A stretch of 44,389 nt of DNA from Planctomycetota bacterium (GTDB lineage: Bacteria > Planctomycetota > UBA1135), in the NCBI GenBank assembly GCA_029941685.1, contig JAPYTC010000004.1:1-44389 (forward strand), given 5' to 3'. Made by a program: the position numbers and the translations under genes. Positions within the stretch are counted from its first letter, which is position 1, and each line of letters opens with the position of its first letter. The notes under the pieces are model-generated. The model was not told where the DNA came from and made no database searches. It worked only from the letters and a program-made list of their open reading frames with translations. Positions 9,872 to 19,378 of this stretch are shown piece by piece.

Positions 9872-11815
9872 ATGCGTCTCCAAAAATCCCTCTTAATCGT
9901 ACTGCTAGCTTCTTTACTTGCAGCCTGTGGGGCCGCCGGTGAAGATTCGCCTAATGGCCCGTCAAATGGTGGAGATGATCGAGGTGCCGGCGGCGGAGGT
10001 GCTGATGAGCCAGCCTACGAGCCAGAGCCGCCCCCAGGAACGGCGACTTTTTACGTAAATCACAATAGCGGCGCGAATGACGTACCGCCTGGAAACACTG
10101 CCAAGGGCTTTGCTAGTTCGCACAGTTCGGAAGGTCTCATGCTCGAATTAGCTAACACCGGTGCTGCTGGTGGCCTTCTACGCCACAATTTGCATATCAA
10201 CGCCCCGCGCGGCAACGTGCCTACTTCGTTGATGGAAGGAGAACAAATCGGCCTAAAGACATGGGTCACTGTTATGGGCACGCCATTAAATCAGTCGCCG
10301 TCAACAGACGGTGAGATATACGACTCGAGCCTGCCACCCTACGCACGGTGGACACCAATGAGCGCCGACGTTTGGGCTAACACGGTCATCACTCAGCTAG
10401 AGCATTACGAATCTTTCTATGGTTTCGTGCCGGACTGTGTTGAAATCTGGAATGAACCCGATCGTGTTGAATTTTATAACGGCGACATCGATGATTACTT
10501 GAAACTATATACTGTGACTGCACCGAAAATAAAAAATCGCTGGCCACAAATTCATATTGGCGGGATGGGGCTTGCGGGATATCGATCGAGCATGGGCGGC
10601 TCCGAATCTGCGATTCTCGCATTGATAGACCACGCAGCGGCCAACAACCTCCCGTTAGATTTCGTGTCATGGCATCACTACACAATCGGCAACGGCTTGC
10701 AGTACTCAGGCTTCTTGGAGGATTTGCAACTGCGCTTGGACAGCTACAGTATGTCAAATGTACAACTGGTGGTATCGGAATGGAACATCTACCCATCAAC
10801 AAGTGGACACGGAACCGAATTCGATAGCTCACATAGTGCTGCGAACTACGCTGGATTCCAAACCACCGCTCGCGAACTAGGATTGGACGGCAACAGTATG
10901 TTCTTGCTCCAAGATCCTTCAACAGGCAGTGGAGCCATTGACGACTTTACAGGAAACGGAATGGGTGCGATTACCACACATGGCATCAAGAAACCTGTAT
11001 TTCATGTTATAGAAACAGTCCAGGCAATGGCGGATGAACCGATGCTAACTACAGTGCGCCCCGACGAGGAGCTTAGCGTTAATGTTTATGCAACCAAAAT
11101 GGGCAATCGTGTGCGCTACGTTGTCAGCAATGATGTTGTGCCTGGGGACTGGGTATGGGCGAACCGTTTACGTGATGAGGGGTTAGCTCCAGGTTATTTG
11201 TGGCCCCTTTACTACCACGCCGCAAAGATAGGTCGGCCACATAAACCAACGGACACCGAATTGCTTGCAGAAGGCATGACTACTGCAGAAGTCACTGCGA
11301 TTAGGGACCTAGAAGACGAGTTGAATTTAGCATGGCAGTTTAAAGACGAGAACCGCCCTGTTGAAATAATCTTTGGGGGCAACGAATTGCCGAATATCGC
11401 AAACGTGCATCGCTTCGATAGCCAGCACAACAACTTCGTCGATCATATTGACGAGATCATGCCTTTCTTAGAACAAACCGAAGAAAATGCAAAATGGTTT
11501 GCCTTGCAAGCCGCGGCCGACTACTTTTTCTCACACGGCATCGTGGTCAGTCCTGAAGATTTGTCTAATTACGCTGACATGCATGAGTGGGCAATAGAAA
11601 ACGATGTCCCATACAACATCGCTAGTGCTTCGATAACAATCTACCAAAAAGCGATGGCGGAAGGGCGGTTGTTCGATGTGGGATTATTGAATAGCTTGCC
11701 ACAAATGAGTGTCACACCAATGACTGCAGAAAATGCAGAAGTTATCGCTGCTTCCGGCTCGGTCCACTTCTTTATGGAGCCGAACTCTGTTGTCATCTTT
11801 GACATATATCTATAA
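9872..11815 (+). CDS. Glycoside hydrolase family 39-like lipoprotein
   Basis: Lipobox LAAC; clan GH-A motifs EIWNEPD, DFVSWHHY and VSEWN; GIKKPVF. Confidence 0.78.
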   Translation: MRLQKSLLIVLLASLLAACGAAGEDSPNGPSNGGDDRGAGGGGADEPAYEPEPPPGTATFYVNHNSGANDVPPGNTAKGFASSHSSEGLMLELANTGAAGGLLRHNLHINAPRGNVPTSLMEGEQIGLKTWVTVMGTPLNQSPSTDGEIYDSSLPPYARWTPMSADVWANTVITQLEHYESFYGFVPDCVEIWNEPDRVEFYNGDIDDYLKLYTVTAPKIKNRWPQIHIGGMGLAGYRSSMGGSESAILALIDHAAANNLPLDFVSWHHYTIGNGLQYSGFLEDLQLRLDSYSMSNVQLVVSEWNIYPSTSGHGTEFDSSHSAANYAGFQTTARELGLDGNSMFLLQDPSTGSGAIDDFTGNGMGAITTHGIKKPVFHVIETVQAMADEPMLTTVRPDEELSVNVYATKMGNRVRYVVSNDVVPGDWVWANRLRDEGLAPGYLWPLYYHAAKIGRPHKPTDTELLAEGMTTAEVTAIRDLEDELNLAWQFKDENRPVEIIFGGNELPNIANVHRFDSQHNNFVDHIDEIMPFLEQTEENAKWFALQAAADYFFSHGIVVSPEDLSNYADMHEWAIENDVPYNIASASITIYQKAMAEGRLFDVGLLNSLPQMSVTPMTAENAEVIAASGSVHFFMEPNSVVIFDIYL

Positions 11816-12310
11816 TCAATCGGCGGTGTAATACCAAACACCGCGTTGCCCTTGGGTTTCTTCAACCGCCATACGCATCGAATGAACCTCCACATCGGAG
11901 AAGTTCAGCTGCAATTTTTCGAGTAACCGGCGGCCAATGTATGTCGCTAAGTTTTCTGCAGAAGTGTTGTTAACCGGCAAAACGATAACGTCTTCTCTGG
12001 GTGCGGCATAATAACGTTCGCGATAACGTACTTCGATGACATCATCTTCACGGATGTTACATGTTAGCTCGTGATGCTCTCCGGGTATCAACCAACGCTC
12101 GTCTAAAGCATCTACGATCTCACGGATTAACGGTTTAACTTGTGTGAAGTCAATGACTAATCCGTACTGCGACAAGCTACCGGACACTTCGCAGTACACA
12201 CGGTAGTTGTGTCCGTGCAAACGTTCGGCGGTGCCATCAGGAAATATCAAAAAGTGCGCCGCAGAGAACTTTAAATATTCTTTCTTGATTTCGATTGACC
12301 AGCGTTCCAT
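11816..12310 (-). CDS. queD: 6-pyruvoyl-tetrahydropterin synthase / QueD family
   Basis: FSAAHF, ERLHGHNY, VIDF and TSAENLA motifs. Confidence 0.85.
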   Translation of the reverse strand: MERWSIEIKKEYLKFSAAHFLIFPDGTAERLHGHNYRVYCEVSGSLSQYGLVIDFTQVKPLIREIVDALDERWLIPGEHHELTCNIREDDVIEVRYRERYYAAPREDVIVLPVNNTSAENLATYIGRRLLEKLQLNFSDVEVHSMRMAVEETQGQRGVWYYTAD

Positions 12311-12313
12311 TTT

Positions 12314-13138
12314 TTATATTGAGATGTCTGCTAGAGAAAAGACTGGGCCCTCAGTGCAAGTTTTCGCATAAGGCCAATCAGTAAATTTACCATCAACACT
12401 AGTCGGCACCGGACATGCATTACATACGCCAAAACCACAACCCATGTATGTTTCGAGGCTTAAGTAGGCGTTGAGGTTGCGCAAGCGAGCAAAGTCAGCG
12501 AAAGCATGTAGTAAGCCAGCTGGCCCGCAGGCGACAATCACTGATTTTTTTGAAATGCGCTTTTTATCGAGCTCGGTGGCGAGACAAGCGATGACGTTTC
12601 CTTTGAACCCATGACTGCCGTCATCGGTTGAGTAATGCATGTTAATGCCTAATGCATCAAATGACTGATGATCGAAAAGGTGGCGCTGCGTGCGCCCGCC
12701 AAAAAACATGTGAGTGTTTTCTCTGGCACCAAGGGCGATGCGTTGTTGCGCATAAATTAAAAATGGTGCCGAACCGACACCGCCAGCAACCATGACCACA
12801 TCTTGTTCGACAGCTGCGACGTCGAAGCCGTTGCCTAACGGCAGTAAGCAGCGCAACATAGTACCTATGGGTGCATCAACTAGAGCAGCAGTGCCCTTGC
12901 CCATTTTTTGAATGAGAAAAGTAAACCTATTGGGTGCTGGCCGCTCGTACAACGAAAATGGGCGAGCAATGACCGTCGGCGAGTTCTCTGCCAATGACAA
13001 CATCGCAAACTGCCCGGGGCCAAAATCGCTAGTGATGTCCTCTATCTCGACGTCGATAACCCAAGTTTGCTCGCCAACTTCGCGGGTGGCGACAATTGGA
13101 GCTAAAACGGCTTGAGTGCTATCTAAGGACAGTGACAT
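12314..13138 (-). CDS. pyrK: Dihydroorotate dehydrogenase B electron transfer subunit
   Basis: PGQF, RPFS, GGVGSAP, ACGP and the 2Fe-2S motif MGCGFGVCNAC...CTEGPVF. Confidence 0.9.
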   Translation of the reverse strand: MSLSLDSTQAVLAPIVATREVGEQTWVIDVEIEDITSDFGPGQFAMLSLAENSPTVIARPFSLYERPAPNRFTFLIQKMGKGTAALVDAPIGTMLRCLLPLGNGFDVAAVEQDVVMVAGGVGSAPFLIYAQQRIALGARENTHMFFGGRTQRHLFDHQSFDALGINMHYSTDDGSHGFKGNVIACLATELDKKRISKKSVIVACGPAGLLHAFADFARLRNLNAYLSLETYMGCGFGVCNACPVPTSVDGKFTDWPYAKTCTEGPVFSLADISI

Positions 13139-13176
13139 GCCCTAATTGTAGCCTCGCGCAGGATTACAATATAGCT

Positions 13177-13614
13177 GTGATTTCTAACGACAATCCGGTG
13201 ACCGCAAGTGGTGTGGTGCTTTACTCTTTAGAGGAAGGTAAAGTAAAGTTTTTGCTACTGCAAAGTGCTCGCCACCAAACTTGGGGCTTCGCCAAGGGTC
13301 ATGTTGACAGTAACGAAACACTAATGGAGTGTGCTTTGCGCGAAGTATCTGAAGAAACTGGATACAACTTAACGACAGACGATGTGTTCGAAGTATTCAA
13401 TGATTGCGCAACATACCTATTGCCAGGCACGAGCACACTTAAGCGCACTGTGATGTTTCTTGCGACTAAGCCCGTTGCTGCCAACGGATTACGAGTATCC
13501 GGCGAGCATCAACAATTTAAATGGTGCGATTTAAGTGCCGCACTCAAATTACTTGGGCACCAACAATCGAAAACATGTTTGCTGCGCGCGTCTGATTGGG
13601 TAGAAAACAACTAA
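13177..13614 (+). CDS. NUDIX hydrolase, Ap4A hydrolase (NUDT2)-like
   Basis: WGFAKGHVDSNETLMECALREVSEETG Nudix box and SGEH..FKW. Start placed at GTG 13177 to avoid overlapping pyrK. Confidence 0.82.
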   Translation: MISNDNPVTASGVVLYSLEEGKVKFLLLQSARHQTWGFAKGHVDSNETLMECALREVSEETGYNLTTDDVFEVFNDCATYLLPGTSTLKRTVMFLATKPVAANGLRVSGEHQQFKWCDLSAALKLLGHQQSKTCLLRASDWVENN

Positions 13615-14207
13615 TGGATGTTGCCGCAGCACATGACATCCTTAACCACGTTGATACGCATGGTGAATCTTGGCCTCAACACTGTAGGCAAGTTGCGCGA
13701 GTGGCAAGCCGTTTGGCCACCGCGTTAAATGAAAATGGGGCCGAGCTCGATGCCGGATTATGCGAGCGGCAGGCGTTACTGCATGACATCGGCCGCAGCA
13801 AAACCCACGGGCCACTCCATGGTTGGAGCGGCTTCACCATCTTGCGGGGCATGGGACACCCCGCCGAAGCACGGGGCTGTCTTGCACATTGGACAAAAGG
13901 CCGTGGCCGCAAAGAATTAGAAGTCGTGCCCATCTGGAAACCGTCCTTTGTAGTCCGCGTGTTTGAAATTTTCGACAAGCAGCCATGGGATATTTACGAT
14001 TCGGTAGTTAGCGTTGCCGATTCTTCAGTACGCCATACCGAAATCGTGTCGATCGAATGCCGCCATCAAGATTTGTTCGACCGCTACGGAGATTCCATCT
14101 GGATGCGCCGCGCTGCCGAACTTGCCCATATTCACGCCACTGAGTTGAGCGATATATTAAAATCTCCCGTCGCTGAGCTGCTAAGCCCGCTCTACGGCAC
14201 TGAATAA
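13614..14207 (+). CDS. HD-domain (HDIG) phosphohydrolase
   Basis: H..V...ALLHDIGR...H...H...VAD pattern; TAATG coupling to both neighbours. Confidence 0.85.
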   Translation: MDVAAAHDILNHVDTHGESWPQHCRQVARVASRLATALNENGAELDAGLCERQALLHDIGRSKTHGPLHGWSGFTILRGMGHPAEARGCLAHWTKGRGRKELEVVPIWKPSFVVRVFEIFDKQPWDIYDSVVSVADSSVRHTEIVSIECRHQDLFDRYGDSIWMRRAAELAHIHATELSDILKSPVAELLSPLYGTE

Positions 14208-15916
14208 TGACTACTACCCCGCCACTTCACGGCCTCGACACCTTTGCCTTGACAATTCGTCAAGCAGTGTCTTCTGCCATCGACGTCAAGATTGATTTAA
14301 TTTCGCTAGAGCGCCCACGCCAAGAAAGCTTAGGTGAATTTGCATTGCCATGTTTTCGCTTCGCCAAGCAGGCGAAATTAGCGCCTCCAGCTTTAGCGTC
14401 TAAGCTTGCCGACGAACTTGCTATCGAAAATGTTAACTGCGAAGCAGTGGGGCCGTTTTTGAACTTTCGAATCGATGCTAACTCGTTAGCGCGGTCGATT
14501 GTAACTTCAGCACAAAACGACAACTATGCAGGAGATAACCAAGACTTGACCACCTTGGTTGAGTTCTCTTCGCCAAACATCGCAAAGCCAATGCATATTG
14601 GCCATATGCGGACTACTGTAATCGGTGCAGCTCTCAGTCGTATTTACTCACACCTCGGTCATGATGTAAAACGCATTAACCACCTCGGTGATTGGGGCTC
14701 TCAATTTGGCAAATTAGTTGCAGCGTGGCAGCGCTGGGGTTCTGAAGACAAGCTCAACGAACTACCTATTGCACATTTGCTCGAGCTATACGTGCGTTAC
14801 CACGAAGAAGAAAAAAACGACAAAACTTTAGCTGTCGATGCAAAAAAATATTTTCAACAGCTAGAATCCGGGGAGGACAATCAAACACGAGCCACCTGGA
14901 AGCAATTCACTGCGCTATCTCTAACCGAATTTGACAAAGTCTATGCACGCTTTGGCATTGAGTTTGATTATGTGCGCGGCGAATCATGGTACGAAGATCA
15001 ACTCGACGACATGATTACTTGGCTTGACGAATGCGGTGTTACCGAATTGTCCGATGGCGCAACCATTGTTAATCTTGAAGAACAAGGGATTAAAACTCCC
15101 AGCTTAGTAAAGACGGCGCACGGCACGACTCTTTATGCCACGCGCGACTTAGCAGCTGCAAAGTCTCGCTGGGAGGAATTCAAGTTTGATCATTCTTTGT
15201 ATGTAGTTGGCGCCGAGCAAACGCTTCATTTTCAACAATTAAAGGCCGTATTGTCGCGATGTGGTGTTGAATGGGAAAAACGTATGGAGCATATTCCGTT
15301 TGGACTGATTCGTCTTACCGAAGGCAAGTTGTCTACACGCGAAGGACGAGTAATCGCACTCGTGGATGTGCTCAATCGCTCAGTCGAATTAGCTGCTAAG
15401 TCTATTGAACAAAAAAACCCCGATTTGCCGAACAAAGAGACCGTCGCCGAACAAGTTGGCTTGGGCGCGATTGTGTTCCACGATCTCAAGCACCAACGTC
15501 AAAAAGATGTGGTGTTTGACTGGAAAGAAGTTTTGTCTTTCGAAGGCGATACCGGCCCTTACCTGCAATACACCCATGCACGCTGCTGTTCTATTTTACG
15601 CCGCGCCGAAAAAGATGTGCCGCAGCTTGACGACATTGATTTTTCAGTGCTCGAAGGGGGGCGCGAATTATGGGTAGCCATCGGACGTCTCCCGCAGGCT
15701 GTCCGCGAGGCTGCTGCAAAACGCGAACCCATGTTGATTGCAAATGCTCTGCTTAAAGTTGCAGCTGCCGGTAATGGGTTTTATCGTGACAATCAAGTGT
15801 TGGGCACTAACGACGACAATCTAGAAAAAGCACGCTTAGTTGCGATTGACACGTTGCGCAAAACCTTAGCGCTGGGCATGAAATTACTTGGCGTTCCGAC
15901 TCCGCAAGAAATGTAA
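14207..15916 (+). CDS. argS: Arginine--tRNA ligase
   Basis: EFSSPNIAKPMHIGH, NHLGDWG, KLSTR and GDTGPYLQY motifs. Confidence 0.97.
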   Translation: MTTTPPLHGLDTFALTIRQAVSSAIDVKIDLISLERPRQESLGEFALPCFRFAKQAKLAPPALASKLADELAIENVNCEAVGPFLNFRIDANSLARSIVTSAQNDNYAGDNQDLTTLVEFSSPNIAKPMHIGHMRTTVIGAALSRIYSHLGHDVKRINHLGDWGSQFGKLVAAWQRWGSEDKLNELPIAHLLELYVRYHEEEKNDKTLAVDAKKYFQQLESGEDNQTRATWKQFTALSLTEFDKVYARFGIEFDYVRGESWYEDQLDDMITWLDECGVTELSDGATIVNLEEQGIKTPSLVKTAHGTTLYATRDLAAAKSRWEEFKFDHSLYVVGAEQTLHFQQLKAVLSRCGVEWEKRMEHIPFGLIRLTEGKLSTREGRVIALVDVLNRSVELAAKSIEQKNPDLPNKETVAEQVGLGAIVFHDLKHQRQKDVVFDWKEVLSFEGDTGPYLQYTHARCCSILRRAEKDVPQLDDIDFSVLEGGRELWVAIGRLPQAVREAAAKREPMLIANALLKVAAAGNGFYRDNQVLGTNDDNLEKARLVAIDTLRKTLALGMKLLGVPTPQEM

Positions 15917-15917
15917 T

Positions 15918-16439
15918 ATGGCAATCGACCTAAACAAATTTATCCGCGACATTCCCGATTACCCTAAACCGGGTATTATCTTCAAAGACATCACCCCGCT
16001 GTTGCAAGATGCTGATGCACTGCGCCAATCGATTCTAGACATGGCCGTCATCGCTAAACGATATGACGTCACGCACATCGCTGGCATTGAATCACGCGGA
16101 TTTATTTTTGGTACTGCCCTCGCTGTCGAACTGGGTTTAGGGTTTTTACCGATTCGCAAGCCAGGCAAGCTACCCTGGAAAACCTTCGCCGAGGCTTACG
16201 AGCTTGAATACGGTAGCGACAAGCTAGAGATTCATGTTGACGCCTCTGCTGCTGGCGAGCGCGTGTTGCTAATTGACGATTTGTTAGCAACTGGCGGAAC
16301 TGCCGAAGCTTCTGTCAAGCTCATTCGCCATACAGGCGCCGAAGTTATGGCGTGCTGCGTGCTGCTCGAGCTAGAATTCTTGCACGGGCGCGAAAAGCTG
16401 CACGGTGTGCCGATGCATTCATTGATAAAAATTAAGTGA
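15918..16439 (+). CDS. apt: Adenine phosphoribosyltransferase
   Basis: PDYPKPGIIFKDITPLL, ESRGF, RKPGKLP and IDDLLATGGT motifs. Confidence 0.97.
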   Translation: MAIDLNKFIRDIPDYPKPGIIFKDITPLLQDADALRQSILDMAVIAKRYDVTHIAGIESRGFIFGTALAVELGLGFLPIRKPGKLPWKTFAEAYELEYGSDKLEIHVDASAAGERVLLIDDLLATGGTAEASVKLIRHTGAEVMACCVLLELEFLHGREKLHGVPMHSLIKIK

Positions 16440-16482
16440 GCTAAGTGTAGAGTCTGACCACTGCCTACAATAGACTTTGTCT

Positions 16483-17265
16483 ATGGCTGATGCCACTACC
16501 AACCCCGCAGGCTCTCCCCAAGTTTCTACCGAAGATCTTTGGACTGAGTTAAGAAAGACTAATGACGAAGATATTCGCCATGAAATCGTGCGTCGTCATC
16601 AACCTTTGGTGCGTTTCCTTGCCGAACATATGGCGCGCAAATTGCCTCGTTCTGTCGACGTAGACGACTTGGCCCAAGAAGGTTCTTTCGGATTGATGGA
16701 CGCCATCAACAAGTTCGACCCCGAACGTGGCATCAAATTCAAAACCTATTGCTCAACCAGAATTCGTGGCGCGATTTTAGATTCGCTGCGCTCTCAAGAT
16801 TGGGTGCCGCGTCTGACTCGCCAGCGCGCAGTAAAAATTCAAAACTTCACCGCCGATTTTCTAGAAGATCAGGGGCGCGAGCCGTCTCTCGAAGAGATTT
16901 CTACGGCGCTTGAGATTCCGATGAAGGCCGTAAAAAATGCGCAGCCATTGGCAATGAATCAAGTATCGGATCGTCGTCCACAACCTAACGAAGACTACGA
17001 TAACAGCCTAGACAGCATCAGTGAATCAAAAGAAGACAACCCTTTTGATGCTGCCAATCGCAAAGATTTAGTGGCCGTCATTACCGACCAACTCGGAGAG
17101 AAAGAGCGTTCGATTCTGCAGATGTACTACATTCAAGGATTGACCTTACGCGAAATTGGCAGCGCACTTTCAATCACTGAATCGCGTGTGTGCCAAATTC
17201 ACTCTAACGTGATTAAACGCCTGCGCACCAAGCTAAAAGGTGATGCTGACAAGTTCTCGGCTTAA
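16483..17265 (+). CDS. FliA/WhiG (sigma-28 family) RNA polymerase sigma factor
   Basis: DDLAQEG, KFDPERGIKFKTY, RIRGAILDSLRSQDWVPR and ITESRVCQIH motifs. Confidence 0.92.
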   Translation: MADATTNPAGSPQVSTEDLWTELRKTNDEDIRHEIVRRHQPLVRFLAEHMARKLPRSVDVDDLAQEGSFGLMDAINKFDPERGIKFKTYCSTRIRGAILDSLRSQDWVPRLTRQRAVKIQNFTADFLEDQGREPSLEEISTALEIPMKAVKNAQPLAMNQVSDRRPQPNEDYDNSLDSISESKEDNPFDAANRKDLVAVITDQLGEKERSILQMYYIQGLTLREIGSALSITESRVCQIHSNVIKRLRTKLKGDADKFSA

Positions 17266-18037
17266 ACGGTTACATGCCAAATTGCCTGCGCGGCGGTTAT
17301 TTGCCCGCAACATTGAAATCGTTGAACAGTGCCAATCAACCAACGACGAATTAAAAGAGCGCATTGCTGCAGGCGAAAATGTTAGCAATACTTTATTGGT
17401 AGCAAACGACCAACAATCTGGACGCGGACGCTCAGCGCGCGATTGGTGGTCGGGAGATGCGGGCGACAATTTATGTTTCAGCTTAGGATTGAGAAATGAA
17501 AACATGGCACCACACATTGTTGGCTTGGTCGGAGCCGTCGCATTAGCTGATGTTTGTCAGCAGCTGTTGCCAAATGAGCGGCTTGCCATTAAATGGCCCA
17601 ATGACATACTGCTCAATGGCTCAAAACTGGCCGGGTTTTTATGTGAGCTTCCAGCTGGTGGCGACACACTCATTCTAGGGCTAGGGGTGAACGTAAACAC
17701 TAAACCACCCTCCGATGAGGTCCCCTATTCGGTTGCTTGCCTGAACGAGCACAATCTCAAGATTACTCCACTAGAATTACTGGCACTAGTCATGCACCGC
17801 TTCGAATCACTGATAGTGCGTTATCAGCGCCACGGCAGCAGCGATTTTGAAGATGGCTTTCTGAATTATTTACAATTATGGGCGCCAAATGGTGTAAGAA
17901 ATCCTACTAACCAAAAGGCGGGCGCGTTGTTAAAATTTTCGGTCGCAAATGGCTTAACCCTCGATGTTGACGGCGAACAGTTCACCCAAGCGATGGAAGC
18001 CATTAATTGCCTCGAAAAGATTAATAATGTCACGTAA
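17240..18037 (+). CDS. birA: Biotin--[acetyl-CoA carboxylase] ligase, no HTH domain
   Basis: STN, QQSGRGR, IKWPND, KLAG and GLGVNV motifs. Exact start uncertain. Confidence 0.9.
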   Translation: MMLTSSRLKRLHAKLPARRLFARNIEIVEQCQSTNDELKERIAAGENVSNTLLVANDQQSGRGRSARDWWSGDAGDNLCFSLGLRNENMAPHIVGLVGAVALADVCQQLLPNERLAIKWPNDILLNGSKLAGFLCELPAGGDTLILGLGVNVNTKPPSDEVPYSVACLNEHNLKITPLELLALVMHRFESLIVRYQRHGSSDFEDGFLNYLQLWAPNGVRNPTNQKAGALLKFSVANGLTLDVDGEQFTQAMEAINCLEKINNVT

Positions 18038-18752
18038 CGACTCTCGTACTCCTACCGACTTACGCCCGCTTAAATTCAGGCGCAAGTTTACCAATCACCC
18101 TGCTGGCTCAGTTTTAGTAGAAGCTGGTCAAACCCGTGTTTTATGCACGGTGACAGTCACCGATAGTGTGCCACGTTGGCGCCAAGGTTCTGGCAAGGGT
18201 TGGCTGACGGCCGAATACGCGATGCTACCTGGCTCAGTCGTTGGCCGCAAACAACGCGAACACAATCATCGCGATGGGCGCTCAGTCGAAATCCAACGCT
18301 TGATTGGTCGTGCTCTACGCGCTGCTGTTGACATGCGATCTTTTCCGAATGTCACCCTGCAAGTTGATTGCGATGTGTTGCAAGCCGACGGTGGCACCCG
18401 CTGCGCTGCAGTTTGCGGTGCGATGATGGCGCTTCACGATGCTGCTCATTACTTAAACGATAATGACAAGCTAAAGTCATGGCCTATCAAAAACTGGATT
18501 GCGGCTGTTTCTGTTGGTCATGTTGGCGGCCGTTCGCTACTCGATTTAGATTACAGCGAAGATTCAACCGCTGACGTCGACATGAATGTCATTGCCACTG
18601 AAAACAATGAGATTATTGAAGTGCAAGGCACTGCCGAGGGCTCACCGTTTTCTTTAGACACTCATCACGAGTTGTTAACGCTTGCCATGCAGGGCACCGG
18701 CGACATTATCGCGCAAATGAAAGAAATCTCTGCCGAAAAAATCCAAGCATGA
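18027..18752 (+). CDS. rph: Ribonuclease PH
   Basis: GWLTAEYAMLP, EIQRLIGRALR, DVLQADGGTRCA and EVQGTAE motifs. Confidence 0.97.
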   Translation: MSRNDSRTPTDLRPLKFRRKFTNHPAGSVLVEAGQTRVLCTVTVTDSVPRWRQGSGKGWLTAEYAMLPGSVVGRKQREHNHRDGRSVEIQRLIGRALRAAVDMRSFPNVTLQVDCDVLQADGGTRCAAVCGAMMALHDAAHYLNDNDKLKSWPIKNWIAAVSVGHVGGRSLLDLDYSEDSTADVDMNVIATENNEIIEVQGTAEGSPFSLDTHHELLTLAMQGTGDIIAQMKEISAEKIQA

Positions 18753-19372
18753 GTCAAAGAATTTTACTAGCCTCGGGTAATCCCAAAAAATTAGCCGAAC
18801 TAGAATCGCTGTGCGCTGACCTCAACGTCGAGATATTAGCGCCGAGCGATATTGATGCTCCCCTGCCTGACGTTATCGAAGACGGTGGTGATTTTCTGAG
18901 CAACGCTAGTAAAAAAGCAATCGAGTTTGCCGAATTTGCTAAAGAGCACCTTGGCGACGATGTTTGGGCATTGGCTGACGACTCCGGGTTATGCGTCGAT
19001 TACTTAAACGGGGCGCCAGGGGTTTACTCGGCACGTTACGCTGGCGACGACGGTCCAAACCGTGATCAATCAAATAACAGCAAGCTGTTGGCCGATATGA
19101 GCAAAGCTGTTGGCGACGATCGCAGTGCAGCATTTTGGTGTGTCATTGCAGTTGCCCATCAAGGAGAGGTTCTTTTTGCGGTCGAAGGTAGCGTTAATGG
19201 CACAATATTGACGAAAGCCGATGGCGATGGCGGATTTGGCTACGACCCACTGTTCTTTCATGTAGAATCTGCATCAAGCTTCGCCAAGCTCCCCCCCGAG
19301 CAAAAAGCGCAAGTCAGCCACCGCGGACAGGCTATTGCACGCCTTCGCAACGCTTTAGAATCGGTGGCCTAA
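18749..19372 (+). CDS. rdgB: Non-canonical purine NTP pyrophosphatase (Ham1 family)
   Basis: ADDSGL, GAPGVYSARY, GFGYDPLF and SHRG motifs; usual rph-rdgB pairing. Confidence 0.95.
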   Translation: MSQRILLASGNPKKLAELESLCADLNVEILAPSDIDAPLPDVIEDGGDFLSNASKKAIEFAEFAKEHLGDDVWALADDSGLCVDYLNGAPGVYSARYAGDDGPNRDQSNNSKLLADMSKAVGDDRSAAFWCVIAVAHQGEVLFAVEGSVNGTILTKADGDGGFGYDPLFFHVESASSFAKLPPEQKAQVSHRGQAIARLRNALESVA

Positions 19373-19378
19373 TAAATC

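Noticed and set aside
16437-16482. Readthrough of the apt TGA
   Set aside because: Apt is full length, further in-frame stops follow, the sigma gene is in a different frame, and I saw no SECIS-like hairpin.
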